A stretch of 64,000 bases of DNA. Source: Takakia lepidozioides (lineage: Eukaryota; Plantae; Bryophyta). This document shows positions 59,801 through 64,000 of the stretch, in pieces (within the stretch, counting starts at the first letter, position 1; the number at the start of each line of letters is the position of its first letter). The translations under genes were made by a program, and so were the position numbers. The stretch covers positions 38,936,001 through 39,000,000 of the forward strand of contig CM060731.1 in NCBI GenBank assembly GCA_030704615.1. The letters are read 5' to 3'. Below the pieces are notes generated by a model. It saw only the letters and a program-made list of their open reading frames with translations, was not told the origin of the DNA and did no database searches.

Positions 59801-62800
59801 TACCTCAGGTTTAGCCGCAGTCCGCCATAAACTGCTTATTTCGCTGATGTGTAGCCTGCTCAGGCTGATTCGTCATATTAGGTTTGCCCTACGACCGGGT
59901 GATTGCACTTCACCTGGCGCCCTGTGATGCTGCACTATTCTCCCGTTGAGGTTTTTTGGAGTGTAGGCCAACCCTCATCGTTTTTCTTTCAGTCCACAGG
60001 TCCTCAATGGCTTAGTAACCTAGAGATGAGCCTTGGTTATGCCAATCATGACTTCCCTCTTCATGGTTCGGGTATCAATCTCTTCTTAGCGTCTAGAGAG
60101 TGAGCTTTTTCCACTCTCCCTCCTCCATTCTTTTTTACTAGCGTTTTGCGGTGGTAACGGAGTAATCTTCCATAATAGGAATCTTCCCGGAGACTCTATC
60201 CTGGAGAGTGAAGTTGGCAATGGAGAATTCTTATTGGAGGGGGTTCTCGGGTTTCGCGCTACGCACAATGATCCTTCTGCAACGTACATGAGAGTGGTAT
60301 TTACATGAGTCCAGCGTACGCGGCCACCGGACTATGTTGGTCACTGATTTCAATCAGGACCTTTTCACCGACAAGTGGTGGTCGCGTCATGTCGCTATGA
60401 AGCTCTACCGTTCACGTTTTCTAGCTTTTTACGCTTCCTATTGTCTAAACACATGACCCTCATCCTGTAGTGCGTTGATTTTTTAAGCTGATCACTCTTC
60501 TTTTTCAATTGTGCAATGCGGGACTATGGACCAGAGACGGTGGCGTGAGTGGTAGAAAGGGTGGGCATCTTATCAGTCTTAAGAGTTTGACATATGTCAG
60601 CACATGATCAAATCTTATCATTTGATTTCACCGTTGAGACACCGTTGTGTTGATTTCCTAAGGTTTGACTTGAGTCAATTAGTGACAATGGGGTCGTTGA
60701 GTTGCAGGTGACACGAGCTTTGAATCGGCTCTATGCGAAGTTCATTAAACGGAACACAAAATTTGATGGCAAGGTACATATCTTCATGATTTTTCCATAC
60801 GATCACAGTAGTGTAAATCAAGTATTTTTCTACATGTTTTTCTCATGTGTAACTTTTGTCTTGCTTTTTCTTTTCTTTGTCTTTCTTATATCCTGCCTTC
60901 CTGTTGTCAGGTGGACATATGCTGCGCTGGCAAGGGCTTTCATCCATTTGTGAAAGTGTGGTGTTCTGGGTTCTCGGAGTTGGTGGGAAACTCACTCAAA
61001 AATCTGTGCTTGTTCCTTCTCCAGGTTTCACTCTATGGACACTCGTTGGGAAGTGTGCTGACATACGATATTCTTTGCCACCAGGACACGTTGACATCAG
61101 CTTTTCCTGTTCAAGACATCAATGCCTCAATCACCCGAAATAATGAGTGGGAAGAAGACACTAAGATAGATCAACTTCCAGCTGCTATAGAGGATCAGAG
61201 GGGGCTGCAAAATGTCTGTGGTACTGATGGTTCTGACCCTGGAGTCAGTACCTCTGCGAGTAAAGATGCTGCTCTTGCGGACTCTCCCCCAGTTGATGCC
61301 ACACCAGAGGTCGCAGAGAAAGATGATGCCACACCAGAGATCACAGAGAAAGACCAGCCCTTGCAGGTTATGGATGCTGTGACAGAGGCTGTTGGTATAG
61401 TTCCTGATAAGAAGGAGCTTATGGAGGTTGAGAAACTGCAAGCGGAGGTAAATCAAATTCACCTAACTACCCTAGCACGTGGACTTTACCAATAGTTGTT
61501 TTGGGGTTGATTTAATGGTTTGAACCAACCTGAGTCTACTCCTGGGACATCAATATTGAGGCAACAATGAGCTTTGTGTGCTTTACTGGTAGGAGGATTT
61601 ACCCTCACAACATTGCTTCCATGCTCTGCAGGTCACTGCTCTTCGAGAAAGGCTGAGGTTACTTGAGGGCAATCAGGGCAATTACAATGCAACCCAAAGC
61701 TCTTCAGAAGGTACTAGGGACCAATTGGAGGAGAGTCCTTTCACTGACGATATGGAAGAGGTTGCACAGCAAGCTCATGACACAAACCAGCCTCCTACAG
61801 CAGATGAGAAGAGACAGAATCATGAAAATGCAAAACAAGAGCATAATGATCAAGAGTTCCTGCAGAGCACTTCAGAGAACGACCATGCATTTGAGCGAGG
61901 TTTAGAATTTGGATCCACGCCAGGGAATTTGGAACCTTCCATCAGCTCACGCAAACAGCATAGACCTTTTATCATATATCCTAAGCTTAAATTCCAGGTT
62001 TGCTTTGTTTCCCTTTCTCACTCTGTTTATTTCTTTTATTTATGCATTCTCCAGCAAATGCGCTCATGGCTAACTTACATACATATGTTGTGTTCAGGTG
62101 GACACCTTCTTTGCAGTGGGGTCACCTTTGGGAATGTTTTTAGCTCTCCGCAATATTCGTATTGGACTAGGGACAGGTATGGAGTATTGGCAAGATGAAG
62201 GCATCGAGGAGGAGATGCCTGCGTGCCGCCTTTTGCTCAACATCTTTCACCCCTATGACCCTGTTGCGTATAGGTTTTTACTCTCACTCAAACCTTTCTG
62301 TCCCTCTGTGTCTTGAGAGCAAATTTACTGAAGTCTCTCCTGCTGTCAGGTTACATTGTGAGAAGATGTTTGTGTAAGATCTCCTGTGGTCCTCTTTTGC
62401 AACAGTTCTGTAGCTCACCTATATGTTTACCCTCTTCATCATAGACGTTTAAGAAATACCATCATCACCAATTTCTAGATTGTAAGAAAGCAGCAGATGT
62501 GACAAGGGTTGGCCTCCTATACTGACATTGTGGGCTCTTGTGTTTGAAGGTTGGAGCCACTTGTATGTAAGGAATATGTGGAGAAACGGCCAGTGTTCAT
62601 TCCATACCACAAAGGAGGCAGACGCTTGCACATTGGCTTACAGGTCAGCATGCCAGTGCACTTTAAAACACATAAATCAACTTTAGGTAGGACTTATTAT
62701 CAGGTGCACAATACTATGGCTGCATTTACTGGGTAAACAATGTTGTCTTGATAGACTCTTGTGGCTTTCTTGTGTTGTTCTACTGCGTTTCATAGGCCTC

Positions 62801-64000
62801 CAGTGGGCCTAATGGAGTCTCAGTCGTCATGGCACTATGTTTGTATCCAGCTAATGGCAAGTCATGGCAACCTCTTGGTCAACCCTTGTATAAAACCAAG
62901 GGATTAGGGGTGTGATTGCAAGAGGACCACAAGCTTCGTGGTAGGAAGGTGTATAGAAGTGTGCTCCTTGCAGGATGATATGTACAGGGTAGTAATCTTG
63001 TGCAAAATCTGTTGCCTTCTCAGGAGTTCAGTGAGGACTTAAGCACGCGCTCCAAAGCTTTTGTAACCTCTATAAGCTCAGTTGGTGTAAGTTGGCCCAT
63101 CCCTCCATCTTGTTTCAATGTCTGTCGTTTTCTCAGGCATAGTCTCACCAACAGTGCAGCCACACTCGCAGGTGTACATCTGTGTCAGGTTGAGGGTGGA
63201 TCAGCAGTGCAGGAATCACCATGCATATGCTTTCGATCTGACCTCCATTTGTATGGACCCTACAATAATAGATAGGAAATTGAGGCAAAGGAAACGTAAA
63301 GATAGGATGGCACTAAACTGTGTATTGTGGATGTGAGCAGACTCGTATGGCGAGTGCATTTACTGCAAAAAGTAATGAAGACAGAGCAGGTGAGTTGTTA
63401 CCCAATCCTTCCTGGCTGGGAATCCCTACTTTTCCATACAACTAGGTGGATGTATGGGAGTGGATGTTTGTTCTTTGCTCGTAACTGAACACAAGATGAC
63501 ACAGAAGTGGATGGAGGAAGAGAAATGAATAAAGAAAGGGAGAGGAGGGACTGTGAATGTTCTAATTAAGCTTGATAGTTTTGATTGGCTGAATTGCTGC
63601 ATTGGAATTGATGAGATCAGATGAAGAGGGAAAGGATAGCAAGAAAACATATGGAGCTATGGTGATGGAGCGCCTCACAGGAGATCCAGAAGGTCGCATC
63701 GACTGCATGCTGCAGGTTTGTTGTGTTAGACACTTCACACTGTCATTGCCAAGTTATTGTTTGGTAGAGGGCCTAGTCGCTTTGATTCCAAAGCACAGGG
63801 TGCATCTAGTTACCATGTGAATGGTCAAAGGGTTTTGGGATTTAGTCAATAAGGCCTTTGGGCTGTTGGGTCAGGTTCACTGGCCTTGACAAGTGGCAGT
63901 AAGGAAGGTGAGGTTCCTGACTTCCTCCCAATAAAGGGGACAGACTTATCCCTTCCGTACATTGATGTCTTGTTTATGCTCTGTGCAGGATTCCACATTT
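50815..64000 (+). CDS. SGR2: Phosphatidic-acid-preferring phospholipase A1 (DDHD domain), SGR2-like; runs off the window
   Basis: Exons 50815-51262, 51847-51947, 54175-54420, 54515-54670, 54899-54970, 58396-~58550, 58803-58853, 59572-~59740 (VFMVHGIGQ), ~60190-60340 (garbled), 60708-60773, 61025-61447 (GHSLG), 61632-61997, 62098-62273 (FFAVGSPLG..NIFHPYDPVAYR), 62550-62643, 63024-63086, 63341-63389, 63621-63715, 63989-end. Indels occur only in 58.5-60.3 kb. Confidence 0.88.
51985..54002 (+). mobile_element. Head-to-tail array of family B non-LTR 3' fragments in SGR2 intron 2
   Basis: TGAGTACA ends at ~52052, ~52174, ~52513, ~53650, ~54001; repeated CGQPGDNIHYLIYCPGYSHQRVTLF-type segments; 15-bp TSD TCTCTAATTTGGTTT at 51970 and 52054. 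Confidence 0.8.
55015..55460 (-). mobile_element. Non-LTR family B fragment in SGR2 intron 5
   Basis: Reverse complement of the GGCCACAAGGCTACGGCAAACA..TTATGAGTACA end; body matches 40190-40690. Confidence 0.75.
55477..58050 (-). mobile_element. RTE-like LINE family A with degraded RT domain
   Basis: SKAFD, VPPDIIYAIRSMYE, LGLQVSLSKTKII RT motifs at 56650-57180; (CATTT)n tail at 55477-55500. Confidence 0.8.

Overview
Nuclear DNA of a land plant, most likely a bryophyte: the cryptochrome fragment is very close to moss CRY1 as I recall it, and the genes have GT-AG introns. The first ~24 kb is transposon and pseudogene debris. It holds L1 remnants, a chromovirus integrase remnant, degenerate PPR and OSB-type PDF-motif exons, and a pectate lyase fragment. 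It also holds a Ty3/gypsy element (11757-17511, minus strand) with an intact RT-RNaseH-integrase ORF ending in a PHD finger. That element has no visible protease or 5' LTR. In their place is an intron-less, internally inverted cryptochrome sequence joined in frame to the gag remnant. The remaining 40 kb has five host genes: a divergent pair of DOG1-like paralogs, a malectin-like/LRR receptor-like protein (RLP4-like), an intronless mTERF, and an SGR2/DDHD phospholipase A1 that runs off the window. There is also a long-TIR foldback element and two non-LTR families in introns, one apparently biased to (CT)n sites. The 58.5-60.6 kb stretch looks like unpolished, error-rich sequence. All homology calls come from motif recognition by eye; no searches were run.
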